This document shows positions 27,501 through 41,500 of a DNA stretch of 64,000 nt, piece after piece. Source of the stretch: Styela clava (Eukaryota); NCBI RefSeq assembly GCF_964204865.1, contig NC_135252.1:6634001-6698000 (forward strand), read 5' to 3'. Position 1 is the stretch's first letter, and each line of letters begins with the position of its first letter. A program made the translations under genes and the position numbers. Under the pieces are notes generated by a model. The model was not told the origin of the DNA. It saw only the letters and a list, made by a program, of their open reading frames with translations, and searched no databases.

Positions 27501-29330
27501 CCAGCTTCGAGTTTATGTCGATTTGAATATGTATTTATACTTTTGAGCAACGTTCTTGTGTACTATAGAGTTTTTTATGAGTGAAAATTACTTCAAACGA
27601 ATTGTTCTTGTAATCCTTTCATTCTTGTACAAATTAACCTGTTTTTCTTTCTGAATAGCTTCAATTTACAAAATCCTGTTGAAGATACTTTGTGCAAAAA
27701 GCATAAAAACGATTATGTGATGGTATATCGAACGCAAAGCGAAGACCGTAGGTGTGCTAAAAGACGATTTCTTAGAAAGGGAGAAATGTACAGAAAAATT
27801 GCTCTGGCTACTTTCCCAGGATCAGGAAACACCTGGATGCGTTATCTTATCGAATCGGCAACGGGTATATATACTGGTAGCAAATATGGCGATCGTAGTT
27901 TAGCTGCAGGAGGTAATTATTTAGGAAATATATATTTTTCTGTATATTACATGAGATCGTTTCAAAAGTCACAAAATAATATGACATATTGTGAGAAAAA
28001 TCAATTTTTACACTTTGCGACATTCCTCACTCTGACATAGTTAATTTAAAAGTTGGAACGCGAAGTTAATATCACTATAATTGAACATATACGATTATTA
28101 TTCTGAATACGTTTTCACTTATTAACGGTAACATTGCAATGTCACATTACTCCATTTTTGCAGGATACATCGGAGAAATACCTTCCATGCATAGCTACAA
28201 ACTAGCAGTAATTAAAACTCATCAACAAATCGACATAAATAACTCGTCTTTTGATGCCGTAATAAATGTTCATCGAAATCCGTATAATGCAATTCTATCA
28301 GAATTTAATAGAAGATCGACAAACAGACATACCGCTGCTGTTGACTCGGACAACTTTGACCGAGAAGGTATTTTAAGATTTAGAATAAATCAGGGGGTGC
28401 ATTGAGATCATATAGTCGAGTTACAACCTAAAAAGTTATTGTCAATTGCCATTTTTCAAGGTTCGAATCAAATAAAATGTACGGTCAATCACATTACAAA
28501 ATAGACGTGGGTGTCGTAAGTCAAATCACAAAATCACCACTCGTTAAATAAGTTTCATACAAGAGCAGATCGGCATCGTTTGGATTTGTATAGATGTCCA
28601 GTTATAGTAGAAGATCAAATAATATTCATATAACTCATTATTTACCATGTATTTTCACGCACGTAACTTTGATTTTGTTAATGTCGTATATAAACACCAA
28701 ATCTCATTTACGCCTGCCGGCATTTCCCATATGACCAAGACCCAAACATTGCTAATTGTAAGTATATATTCTTTTCCAAATTTGACGAAATCGCACTATT
28801 TAGTGATGTGTAAAAATGGCCTCAGGGGCGCCAGAAAAACCAAAGATGTGCTCACTTTCCACAAATTCCCATCTAAATATACTGAGATGTATTAAATTTG
28901 AATTTGATCAAAATAAAAATTAGACAAATCACGATTCTCAATATTTTTTATAGCATTTTCAGGAATAATCATGGGACAGTTTCCTAAAAAATGGAGATTC
29001 ACAACAAGAGTTGCAGTTGAAACTAATAAATCAAAGTTGATATTTGCATTCGAAGATGCCGTGGAAGATCCGATTAAATACGCTGAAAAAATGGCAAGAT
29101 TCATAATGGGAGATCATATAGACGAAAATGATTTACAAAATCGTCTTCTTTGCTTGCAACTAGCTTCCACTGGTGATTTTAAAAGGAAAAAAAGACCATT
29201 AAAATTTGACCCGTTCCCAGATGAAGCGAAAATACAAATTAATGAACAAATCGAACTGCTCGATTCTACATTGCAAAAAGCTGGACTAGAGCCGTTGCCA
29301 GACTACAAGAGGTCACCATCAAGTAGGTGA
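24563..29330 (+). CDS. WSCD: WSC-domain-containing sulfotransferase (WSCD1/2-like), paralog 2; 8 exons, ~616 aa
   Basis: Exons 24563-24654, 25094-25470, 25872-25986, 26547-26767, 27097-27307, 27659-27912, 28164-28367 and 28954-29330 join in frame (1851 nt). TM anchor, WSC motif ECLC...[37 protein letters not shown] and RLLCL...GDFKR...FDPF. Confidence 0.92.
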
Positions 29331-31949
29331 TAATGTATTTGCAATATATGAATCTTTTCACTGTCAATGCAACAGAGTGAGAAAATCTCTCCTAAAATGA
29401 ATGGAAAGACAACGAGACTCAAAATACAATCTAACTAAGTCTTTGCCCTGTTGTTGTCAAAGGCTACTGATATCAAATCTACGAAACGCAAATACAAATT
29501 GAATATCACAAATATTTTTATGTGGCTTATAGCAAGCAACGCAATATCATTAGCCGTTTGATGAATGTCGTATATTTGTTTCGTAATTTGAATAATTGTA
29601 ATTTATTTCGCTTATTGTTTGATATTCAAACACATCGTTCGTGTATTAATGTTTTTCAAATTATTTATTTATATTTATAGTTAAAGAGTAGATGAGACAA
29701 AATAAATACCTCTTATTCATGTTTATTTGAATCCTATGAATGGCAGAAATTATAGCTACAGTACACATAATATAATATCCAGCTAATGTAGATTTCGTCA
29801 ATTTCACATAAGAAACGATAATCCCTAGCAAGTTATATAACTTCAAGCTCTCTTTGTCTTATTGTTTATTTATCAATACGTCTCCAGGTAATACATGACA
29901 TGCAAGTTATTCAAAATAAGTCTAAATGCAATTCAAAAAAGTAAATCGCACGGATTGCGTAAATTATGATCTATTTTGTTATTCCATATGAGAGTAAATT
30001 TGATTAGCAAATAAACTAGCAACAATAAGAGAGAAGATAGAAGCTATACCGACACAAAGAGAAGATGGAAAACGCGACAAAGTTAGCTTCGCATGAATTT
30101 GCAGAGAAGCCGGTTTTTCTTCCCGATCAGCTAATTTTGCCTCGCGAGCAAGATTTGAATTGCGCGTCAGTGGAATTCGAGTACACGTTTTAGGTTAGGA
30201 TGGTTGAGAGAGAGCCATAAACTTTGCTGACTATCCAAATTTTTTTATCGTGAAAGGCACTAATGCATAAAAACATTACCTACACAAAAATAAGCATAAA
30301 AAAGCTCTTCCGTATAATAATTTTTCACAGACAAACAGTGATGCCAGATAAATATATTCAGACGATTTGAAACGGGTCGCGAAACGGATATTATGATGTC
30401 ACGCTTTCTTATGTTTTGGGATATCAGTTCTTCAAGTTAAGATGATGTTTACTGCGAATATTGTTGAAAGACAAATATTTTATCTCATCCGTCCGTGCAT
30501 TGAAGATCAATATATATATATATAAGTTTATGGAAATTACATATTATCAGAATATCGGTAAATTGAAGTATCGGTATCGACACTTCTCCAGCAGTAATGG
30601 TATCGGCGAAAAAGTGATATCGTAATATCTCTAACTTGTAGTTCGAATGCAAAGTTCTCCTAGCGGATCTAGCCTAACCTGATACAAAGTCGTTATAACA
30701 CGGGTACTCGAAAAAGCAGGAATGTGATTGTCTTTGTATTTATGCGCACTCAACAACAGGGCATGTTTTCTTGTCTTAAATACTTAGTACGTGAAAAATA
30801 TGCGTTCTAACTTCTGAAGAAAACATAATTTTGAAAACGGATATAAATACTGCATGCAAGCTCGAAACTATATAATACCAAGATTTGAACTTTTTTGATA
30901 TATTCACATTCATCCAACAAGATCCAAGAACGAGAACATTGAATACACTGGCCTCGTATTTTTTGTCTTTAGCAACTCATCTTCAATATAAAATATTTAT
31001 ATTTGAGGATGAAAATTGAATGTCACGCGCTTCTGCATCTCTCTACTATTTATATCATCTACAGAACAAATAATTCTTCTTCAATAACTATGCTTAAACA
31101 ATGTGGACCTAAATACCATTCAAAGATATTGAAGCGTATATATATTTACTTCCGAAAATACTTAAAGTATGTGCTGCATGGTCTTAGGAGTAAAAGTCTT
31201 ATAATTTAAAACATGCTTGCTAATTATGTAATATCCCGTTATAAGAAACAACATTGACAGAAAAAAGGCCATGAAGGAGTTCCGTTGAAATTGATTTGTC
31301 AAGCAAGACTTTAGTGACTAAATTTGTATTTAAAGTCAATAAGGCATGATTACATTTTTTGCTATTCCAGAATGATTAGAATTTTGTTTTTGTCAATCTT
31401 GACATAGAAATGATAATAAGAATAAAATGAACTTGCAGTATTAATATTGCACGCAATAATTTTATTCTCATATATAAAATAATTTTCCTTTTGTGTACCT
31501 CGATACAAACAAATTATTGTTGCAGTTTAGTTCAGCGTTCTAAACTAAACTATAAGTTTCTATCGCATTGTTGACACATTTCAAAATATTTCGCACGAGT
31601 TTAAAAGGGAATTATCAATGTAATGTGGAATATTATCATACTTGAAGGTATATTTCACACAGAAATATAATAAAGATTCAATAGTTTCAAAGGCATGTAC
31701 AATATCAATACCAGAGATATCGAAGACACATCACTCAAAGTATCGTCCTGTCGTAACAACGATACAAATGTTCGTAAAGGATTAGCAACTTGATATTGCT
31801 CTAAACCAGATCAACTGAAATTGGGAATGTTTATGTGACATTCTTGAGAATAAAAATCTTGATATTGAGATATATATAGCCTACAAAGTCAAGTTCATGT
31901 AACAGAACCGCTAGCGCAGATGTGTATTCGGTCAATGACGAAGCATATA

Positions 31950-33480
31950 GCTTTGTGTCATCAAACTATTGCCATCATTTAAGATATTTGGACCAAAGTA
32001 GGATGACATTGAAGCTGATCTGTTGTGGTTGTGGACACTACTATGCTTCGCGAAGTATTCGAATAATGGATGTGGAAGGCGACAACTATTGTATTGAATT
32101 AAATATTTCAAGTTTATAACTATCACCAAATTCGGGTATACCAGTTTTTTTATAGTATACATCATATTCACGTTAACACGAGTAGGTAAACTTTTATACC
32201 ACTTAGAGTCGCTTTGGGAGCAGATCCCCGGGCAACAATTGCATATTGAATATAAGTCTGTAAAAGTGAATTATAAACTACTTTTAGTGTACTTTAGTCT
32301 GTATAATGTTGAAGTTTGCTCAATGCACCGACTGAGCGTGAAATTTTTTTCCGCGATTCTTTGACATCAATGTTCAACCCTAAATATTTGTACAAACAGG
32401 AAAGGTTCAAGTTCGATTTCATTAATTTTGATTGTCGGAGCCGTTTTCGAATGATTGCGGCTTAGGCATATATGAAATACTTTGGATTTTTCGATGGAGA
32501 GCTGGCAACAGAACATCCGACCATACCCTCCTTCCATTTCGAGGTTGAAGAACTTTTGAAGATCAGATGTAGATTTGGAGCTACCCATTATCATCTGCGA
32601 ATAATTTTGTCAGCAATTTCGAACAAAATAAGATGTCGTTTAGAAAATATAAGAAACAATAAGGGCGAAGGAAAGAGCCTTGAATCACATCGGAATCAAT
32701 TGAAAGAACCTCGGAATGATTAATTCAACTTCCACATATTGAAATCGGCCTTATAGGTCATCTTCAAAAAGAGCATTTGCACGACCTAAAACACCTTAAT
32801 GATAACGTTTGCGTATGACAGGGGTCGGAAACCTTTTGTCGCTCGCGGCTAAAATTAAAGGTTGCAAGTCTTGGCGGGCCGCACGGAACAGCGTGCGAAG
32901 AATGCGACAATTCGTGAACTGAACTCAGTCGTTTTATTGAAAGAAAAAAATTGCAAATGACATTTAATGTGACATTGTCTTGCTGTTGCATCGCGCTCGG
33001 TAGCTTTTTCGACATCCGCAGCACACTGAATGATGCCAATATTAGAACATTTTCCAAATGGACATCACTAATAATAGCAGTGATACAACTTTCAATTAAA
33101 ATATTGCTTTTTTTCCTCGTTGCATTGCATCTAAAAGAGCCCCATTTGAATATTTTATGCGCCATTGGGCCCCGGGTTATCTTACTCCGTTGGCCGTTGG
33201 TTGCCGATTCCTGGCGTATGAGTATGTTATAGGACTAAAGATATAGAAAGATTTTTTATATATAAAAGTCCCAACAAACATGTTTTCCTTTCTCATATTT
33301 GTCATAAACTTTTTCTGATAGATGTATAATTGCATGACTAGCTGAATGATTTGTTTGAAAACCAAACTGGGATTTATTAACTAGTCTGCTATTTTCGAAA
33401 AAAGTCACTTAATCTACCATACAAGGGTTTTCAAAAACATTTGCAAACTGCACGTGTAGGTAAATTGTAACCATGAAATT
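31950..33480 (-). mobile_element. Degenerate non-LTR retrotransposon (CR1/L2-type) reverse transcriptase remnant
   Basis: Minus-strand fragments QFGFQTNHSASHAIIHL, SPLLFLIF, KLFADD and YKYLGLNI in the expected RT order; interrupted by the MITE at 32819-33213. Confidence 0.8.
32819..33213. mobile_element. hAT (Charlie/Buster-like) internally deleted element
   Basis: TIR caggggtcggaaacc / ggttgccgattcctg; perfect TSD gcgtatga; possible transposase C-terminal remnant on the minus strand (ISDVHLENVLILAS). Confidence 0.85.
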
Positions 33481-33875
33481 TTTATTATCCAGTATCTGAT
33501 TGCAAGGGATGTGCCGTTATTTTATACCAAGAGAATTTCGTGTACAATATGGAGTAAACAGATGAATGCTTCTTGATAGCACTCGCTGGTGAAGCCACCT
33601 TAAAAGCAAACCTGCCGTCTAACCCCATACTTTCTGCGATACAATTTAAATTGGCAAAATGATAAAAAAAAACGGATCTTGTAGACAGAACACTTATACT
33701 ACTGACGCAGCAAAGCCACCTAGCAACGACCAGTAAGTTACGTTTCTGTCGATAGATTGGCAAAAAGTAGGACATATATTTAGTTCACATGATCTTGGTC
33801 ACCTGAACTTTATCATTTGACACATTCCTTCGTAATACAACGTCACAAACAAAATTATAACCTGCAGGTCATACC

Positions 33876-34217
33876 AAACAAGAAAGCAATGCTCAAATAT
33901 ACGCACACGAAGCCAAAACTGAGTAGAACGGTACCGATAGTCTTGCCGCTTTCGACTGACACCCATACCTCACGGTACGCATTTTTTAATCCTGATGACG
34001 CCATCGCTCAAATCTTCAGTGGAAGTGGAAAACGAATTCTATAGGCATAGAGCCCACAGGAGTGTTTAAAATAAATAAAATAGCCTTCTAGTGACAACAA
34101 CAATCTTTCCCCACTGAAAATCTCAAAACAATTGGTTTAGTAGAAGAAAAGCGATTTTTTCACAACAACAACAACATAATAACCAAACGATTCACAATTC
34201 CATTGCGTGTCTAATAA
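33876..34217 (-). mobile_element. HINE-like element, family B
   Basis: aacaagaaagcaatgctcaaatat...aacaacaaacataataaccaaacgatt..gtgtctaataa; homologous to the copies at 13355 and 44483. Confidence 0.7.
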
Positions 34218-34447
34218 CACCTTGGTCTCGTTGGGACGTTGACCAAAACGTTGCGTAATTTTCAGTTTTAACCAAGTTTGCTATTATAGATTATAGAGCA
34301 TGAACAAATAATTTGGTAATACCCTGCTCTTGAGACATTACAGCTTGTTGTTGTGTTTTACTTCCTTCAATTGAATCAGGTAAATTGGTAATATCTCGCA
34401 CCTTGAATATCGGTGACTGTATACATACTACTGTGTACTGTATATAG

Positions 34448-35261
34448 CAAGAGTGGCCAACCTACTTGCGGCCGCGATCGACTAAAATCGTCAAAATATC
34501 TCGCGATCGACTGATCGGTAATAAGGTCATTCCGCCGCTGCCAATAAGCTCGGTTTTTTGGGCGTAATTTTTAATGAAATCGCCATAAAATTTGTATTTT
34601 CTACGTCCCATTTTATTTGTTGATTTGATTATGTAATTGTATCCCGAGTAAAGGCTTCATCATGCATTTAAGATTTATTCAAAGCATACAATTCAGGCTT
34701 AATTTTTAGTCGTAAGTGTTGAAAATCCCTCAAAAATCCATGTATTATCTAAACAGCAAAAAATAAATATTCCCAAACCATAAATGTTGCGTGACCGCTC
34801 AAACTTACTTATTTACAATTTCCTCCGAGTCCGATTCTCTGCTCGCTTGGAATTAGGAAGAATCGGACATTTTGATGCCACTGTGAGTGAAACAATTACT
34901 TTCGCATACTGCAGAAGTTATTGTACGATTGTTCGCCAGTCAAGGCTCACGATATTCGGCAAGTTCATTTCTTAAAATTGGCAGCGGCGAATCTTGCTTT
35001 TGTTACGTAATAATATGCCCTATCGGCCTTGCCAGGCTCAAATACTATATGTGTATACTACTATACTGTGTCGTATTTTGTGCGTACACAAAACTGTATT
35101 ATTCTTGTTTGAAAAGCGCATAACATGCGGGCGCTGCATGAAACTGGTTCTAAGCAATATTTTGAGGTATGTTATCGAATTCTCAGACGTGGCGATGCGA
35201 TCGACTACTTAAGACGTGGAGATCGACCGGTCGATCGCGATCGACGTGTTGGCCACCCCTG
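34448..35261. mobile_element. hAT (Charlie-like) MITE
   Basis: TIR caagagtggccaac / gttggccacccctg; perfect TSD gtatatag; subterminal gcgatcgac repeats. Confidence 0.9.
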
Positions 35262-36080
35262 GTATATAGGATGGCGCCGAGATCTAAGTTATAGTTCGAT
35301 TAAAAAACGAGATGTTAGTCATTGGAATCGTACGCCCTGGTCCACGGATGCGGGCTCGTAGGTTTGAAAATGTTGATGTCGAAGTCGTTTTTTTTTAAGT
35401 TAGGAATTCATTCGAGTCTTCATTTCGAACTCTTCAAAATAAAATATGGGAGTCAAAATTGGCGTTATAAATTTAGAATTAGTATAAAATTTTAGCTAGT
35501 CACGTTTCGCGTTTAGTGGAGTAGTTGAAGTTACCAAACGTGGAACAATTCCAAGTTTTATGAATGACCTGCATTCTACAGGTTTCTAAACATTTGACTC
35601 GATTTTTGCATTTGCGACTTCTAATACGTGATCTCAATTCGTATACCGATATTTTGATTATAGGCCTTCAAGTCAATAACTGGAAGTATGACAATTGTTG
35701 GATCGTGGCATCTGCAGACAATCTGGACAAGGGACTGGCTAATAGCCAGTGGCTATACGTTTCATAGTTTCAGACTGGTTGGCCTTTTCTGTAATTTATG
35801 TTGCAAAAATTTTACTCACTGATCACCTGATGTTAACTATGACAGCTCCCGATGAAATACGATGGATACCACCCTCATTCGGTAAAAACGATTTCAACAT
35901 ATATATACAATTATTTCAGTAATTACATTTGAAATTTAAAAACCAAGTTCATTTATGCATCCATGTTGTTAAGTCACAATCACCGAACGATGTAACAGTT
36001 TCAACGGAAACTTTGAATGTCAGCTTTGTCCTCTAGCTAGCATGAGCAAAGCAAGTTTTTTCACTAAGTAGAGGCATGCA

Positions 36081-36246
36081 CAGTGGTGGGATTCAGCCGG
36101 TTCGCACCGGTTCTATAGAACCGTCTCGCGGAATCTTATGAGATCAGCGAACCGGTTAGCATTACTAACAAAACATATAACAAAGCGGCCTAAAATGTGA
36201 CTTCTGTGATGGAACCGGCTGACAAAAAATTTGAATCCCACCACTG
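36081..36246. mobile_element. hAT MITE (cagtggtgggattca family)
   Basis: Perfect TIR cagtggtgggattca / tgaatcccaccactg; TSD ggcatgca. Confidence 0.92.
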
Positions 36247-38527
36247 GGCATGCACGATATCATTGTTGCAATAATATCTCATCTCTCAATTTAAATCAGT
36301 TGGGCAAATATGGCCCATACTAATACACGGCAGAATAACCGAAATGTTTCAAATATTTTATCTAAGCTACGCATTTTATTTTTGTTCGACCAACTCAGAA
36401 ATTTGTAGCAAATTTCACACGGCAGTACTCTCTTGCCCGAGTATGAATACAGTATAGGTTATTGAGTATGGTAAACATAAATGGCTCAGTTTTGTTTTCT
36501 TAATTTCAAAAGGCCACATAATTAAAAAATATACAAGTTTAATCGAACATAAGCAAATTATAAAAACATTGGTGTGAAATTTCCTGTGATTTACTACATT
36601 TATGAAAATGTTTTCAGAGTTATTTCAAATCTATCGCGATAAATCTTGTTATCATTGTGCCTGACCATGCTTTTTGCTATCGGTTTTTCAAACTCAGCGT
36701 GTCTGATTTACAGCGAAAATGAGTGAACACCCATCCATCGTTCCAGTATCGCCTGAACGACAAACACAGAAAATGACTAATCGCTCCGTCGCACAATGGA
36801 ATTGAGGTCAACTGGGTTGAAATACCAAAGACCAATTATCTCCCGACTAGAGGGCTTGAGTTAATTAGCAGAGAATTCAGATCATCGCCTAACAATGTAA
36901 ACAACATTGAGATGCAGATTACAAACAATGGACATTGGTCTCAGCGAAAAACGACCGGAATTGGCATATATATATTACAAAGGAAATGAGGTGAATACCC
37001 AATAGCAAGACAATTGCAGTTAGAAGAACAGTATTTAGATAAATGTGAAGACGAATGACATGAATTTTCAGATGTCTCTACAGTTTCCAAGTTGGCTACT
37101 ATTGGTACCTTATATATTGTTCTTTCTTCACTACGTTAATTTAATCAGGCAGTGATCGTAGTTAGTGAAAATATCAAAATTATTTATGATTAATATTGTA
37201 AATATGTTACGACCTCAGTTACGGATTGGAGATTTTAAATGTATAGGATATCGTAAAGTTTAAAACAAGGGCAACAGGGGGCCACAAAACGGCCCGTTAA
37301 GCTATTTAGGCACTTGTCAACATTCAGATTTTGTCCCATCAATCATAAAATCCCAATCCAACAATATATGTTTAAGAAGGCGCTCACGTGGGCAAAAATA
37401 CATAATGTTTTTTAACCTTGTCGCTGCGTCTTTCGTCCTTTTGCTCGATGCCTAAGCGATAGCCGCATTCCTTCCTCTTGCCTTTACCGCGGCGCTCTAG
37501 TTGTCGCTACTGCATTTCGTTGCTGCAGGCTTTCATAACGCTTGTTTACAATATCAATTGTGACCTTGGTGTTTGTTTATATGGCACACAGACAAAACTG
37601 TTGCACACCACTAGCTTAATCGCATTAGTATTATTGCAAAACAAATTATCAACAGCACAGTTTTTATTTTATAAAATCAAGATACTGATTCTTATTAATT
37701 TTTTTTAGTAAGGTTAGAAATATCAGATGCAGTAATGAGCGGCTTCTGATTTAGAAAAAGGCATCGCTTTAAACTTCCTCTTCATGGAAAATATTACGAT
37801 TAACCTCAATAAACAGCAAAGTATATACAAAGCCCAATCACTATAAGCGGTCTTTTGTTTATTAGTTTTACACATGTTTAACAGTCTGGCAAGCACTGGT
37901 AATAGCCTACTGTATAAGTTTGTCACAATTTATTGGCGTTCTAAGCATGTAACAAACGATTTTGATTTCGCAATGTTGTCACGTCATTATAATCGCTGCG
38001 TCGATTTAGCACGTCGGTAACCCAGTTTGAGACGGATACTGACGGCATTATATAGTAATGAGGTGCCTAGTATAAACATTATACAAGACGAGAACTGGGT
38101 AATATTTATGTGACATAAAACCGTGATGAAAGTGCAAATTCCATAGTTGTATTGATCTTTGGATTCATGAAATGCTTAGAAATTTTGATTTGCGAAGAAC
38201 ATCATCCACAGACTGATTTTGTGAATCAACGAGATCGTGCGCTTTGTGTGGATAAGCCAGTATCATTACTAATTAGTGTTCAATTGTGTAACAAGGCGTT
38301 TAAAAACGATTGACCTCCTTAACATATTAAGGTCAATCTCTCGAAGTAAAAAGTTTTAAAGACTTTTATACGTCGAAATTATGTTGATCTGCAATGCATG
38401 TTTCCTATATAGCGTTATATTGGTTACCATTATTGAATACATAGTTTTTGTTTTCATATTCTTGCGTTGATAATTTTTTAGCAGATTTTCGTGTTCTTTT
38501 CTTATATTTTCTTCTGTAAGCTTTACA

Positions 38528-41500
38528 ATGACATTATCATCTCAAGAAAATACACCGCTTCTTAGTGGAAGAAGCGACAGCACCGACTCGGGAACTTATT
38601 CGAGCATTGAAAAGTAAGTCCGTTAGAAGTATAATGTTTTATGGGAATATTTCTCTTAAGTATAACAACTCACTCCCAAATTGAAGTCTAATATGGGTTT
38701 TATTCGTTTGTCTTTATTTAAATAAAATGACCGCGTAGAATAAACAGAGATGATGTTATGGATACTGGAATAGGATGGAAAACCATTTTGTATCTTACTG
38801 TAACTATTTTAGTAAACGTACGGGAAGCGGCATTTTGTATGAACATATCTTAATTTTCACGAGATCGTTCTATGCGTGTATGACGTACTGCAGTTGAAAC
38901 ATTAGTGTGAAAAATTGTACTGTCAGTTGAAATAGGATGAATGCTCCACGTGTTTTTATATGATAAATGAATTATATGATTTAATGATCAGAAGTAGCCC
39001 CCAATAAATGCATATTTATTCAATGTGAGTCTTACAGAATATTTATTTTGTGTTGCAGTGCAATTGAAGTGGATCCAAAATACATGGACGAAGAATCATT
39101 TCTCCCGAGCACAGAAAATTCAGAGCCAACAAAACAGGGCACTTTAGTCACAATGTACGTATGACGTTACGCAAATTTATCCCATTTTGTTTTAGTACAT
39201 ATATACATCTGAATGTATATATACGGATATGAAATATGTTCCCTTTACTGTAAATATAAATGAAGGGGTTAAATTGGACATGACCATGATAACTTACAGG
39301 CGCTAATGTGTTTTGCAATGGCTTTACTTCTATACTTTGCAAGTTGACCATGCATTTTTAGGTGATTTCTCTCCAAAACCCTATGTTTTTAATTCTAGAT
39401 TTGCCGTTTGGAGTTCTATGATGGGAACATCTCTTCTGGCAATGCCATGGGCATTTCAACAAGCTGGAATGATACAAGGGATCGTGATTCAGCTCTTACT
39501 AGCCGCGCTATCCGCATATACAGCTGTGCTGGTTTTAAAAAGCAGCAAGAAATTCGGTGAGCCCAACTTTTTATGACGACAAAGGCATACATGATTACGA
39601 TCAAATATGCTAGTTTCAGGCGAAAAACGACTTAAATTTGTATCACTTTTCACAGCCGATCCGGTCACTGGAAGTATTCCCGAATTCGCCGTTGTTTGTC
39701 AAGTAAGTTTGTTTTCGTGAGTTCGTATACGACTCAAAAGTTATTTGTGTTAATTGACTGGTTTGCACAAACAAAATAAAACAACAAAGAAAGTAAAGGA
39801 AATGCTTACATGTGAATGTAGGCTTTATCGTGAATGTGGTTTATCATCTTACCTTTTTACAGGAAATGCTTGAATTTTAATCATTTTTCAAGGTATCAAA
39901 TTATTGTTTTCCAGAAACTATTTGGAAAATTCGGAACTATTATTACAACACAATGTTCCGCCATATTGTTTGCCGGAGCTTTAATAGTATATTGGATACT
40001 GATGTCCGAACTTTTGTACAACTCAGTGAATTCTATACATTGTAAGTTCATACACTTTCATATTTGTGTCGTTGCATAAGCAGCCTGTGTTCGCATTGTT
40101 CTTGTTTGTGCGATATTAAGTATTCTACTTGCATCCTTTCAACTTCTTTCGTCATTTTTCTAGACTTTTCAGCAAGGTCTTCTGCAAACCAATCAAATTC
40201 AACCAATCCTAAAGAAACCTCATCAATGGAAAACAGTAATGGCGTTCTTCTCAACAACCACACTATATGTCCAGATAGAGAAAAAGATTGTAAGTAGCCT
40301 TAATTTCCTAATGCGACGTGTAGATAAAATTACCCACACAAATAACAGAAAATATACATTCCGTACTAATATTATAAATCAACTTGAAATTACATCAGCA
40401 GTTCATGAGTATAAAAATGAGAGTAATGACCGCATTTTATACATCAAGGTACTATTCGTTTTCGCTGTCTTGTAACAAAACTTTAAAACATATAATACAG
40501 TTCAATTAAATTCAATAACGATTTGCCCCTCCCGGGATTATATATTTCTTCTGCTTCTTTCCCCACTGTAAAACAAAATAACTATTGCATTGAAACTAAC
40601 ACACAGCCTGGAATATACATCATGATCATGTCCATAGAATGCTCAGGTATCACCCAATCAAAAATTGTTTTGCTGAATCAACAGTATCTTCTACGTTTGT
40701 TTTATGTATAATTATTCATGGTATTTTTATAATCGAATTTAAGTAAGATTATTCAGCTTAAATATTTTCAGATTTTTGGAGAGAATTTCATTTGCTGACG
40801 GCTCGCCACTGATTTATTTATGGTGTACTTTGGACATTTACTTACCTATTTTTTATTTGTCTATAGCCTCACAGCAGTTGACACCTATTCCCGCCTGGTC
40901 GGAAAATCATACAGTTCCATTTTTCCTGGTGGTTTTATTTGCTCCACTCATACAGTTGCGATCGGCATCTTTTTTTACACGATTCGGAGCTGCCGGATGC
41001 ATTCCTGTTATATTCTTAGCTGTATATTCCGTCATGAAGAGCGCGTTGTGGGGACTGCACGTTGATTTCAAAAATACTGACAGTGTTCACCATATTCAAT
41101 GTAAGAGTTTGCATCATTATCGCAATTATTGTTGCACCCCATGAGCAGAAAACTAAACGTTTGAGATAACTGGTTATATGCGTGGACCAAACAAATATTG
41201 AATTTTTTTGCCATTTTAGAATATTCAATATATTAGGATAAAAATCATTGGTGTAATTATTTTATTCACTCTTTTCTAAAAATGTGGAAAATTTCCATCT
41301 ATTTATAAAAAATGTCTTTTTCAGTATTCAGTAACAACTTTCCGGCATTATCAGGAGTTTTAACAATGGCATTTTTCATGCACAACTCTATTATTACTTT
41401 TTTCAAACACAGCGAAAAACCTCAGAATAACGTAAGTGCTTTTATTTTGTAATTTATCGTGTATGGGTAATTTAATGATAAATTAAAAAATATATTCATA

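Noticed and set aside
31660-31900. Possible death-domain-like pseudo-exon (similar weak signal at 36715-37070)
   Set aside because: Multiple stops and frameshifts; resemblance too weak to support without a search.
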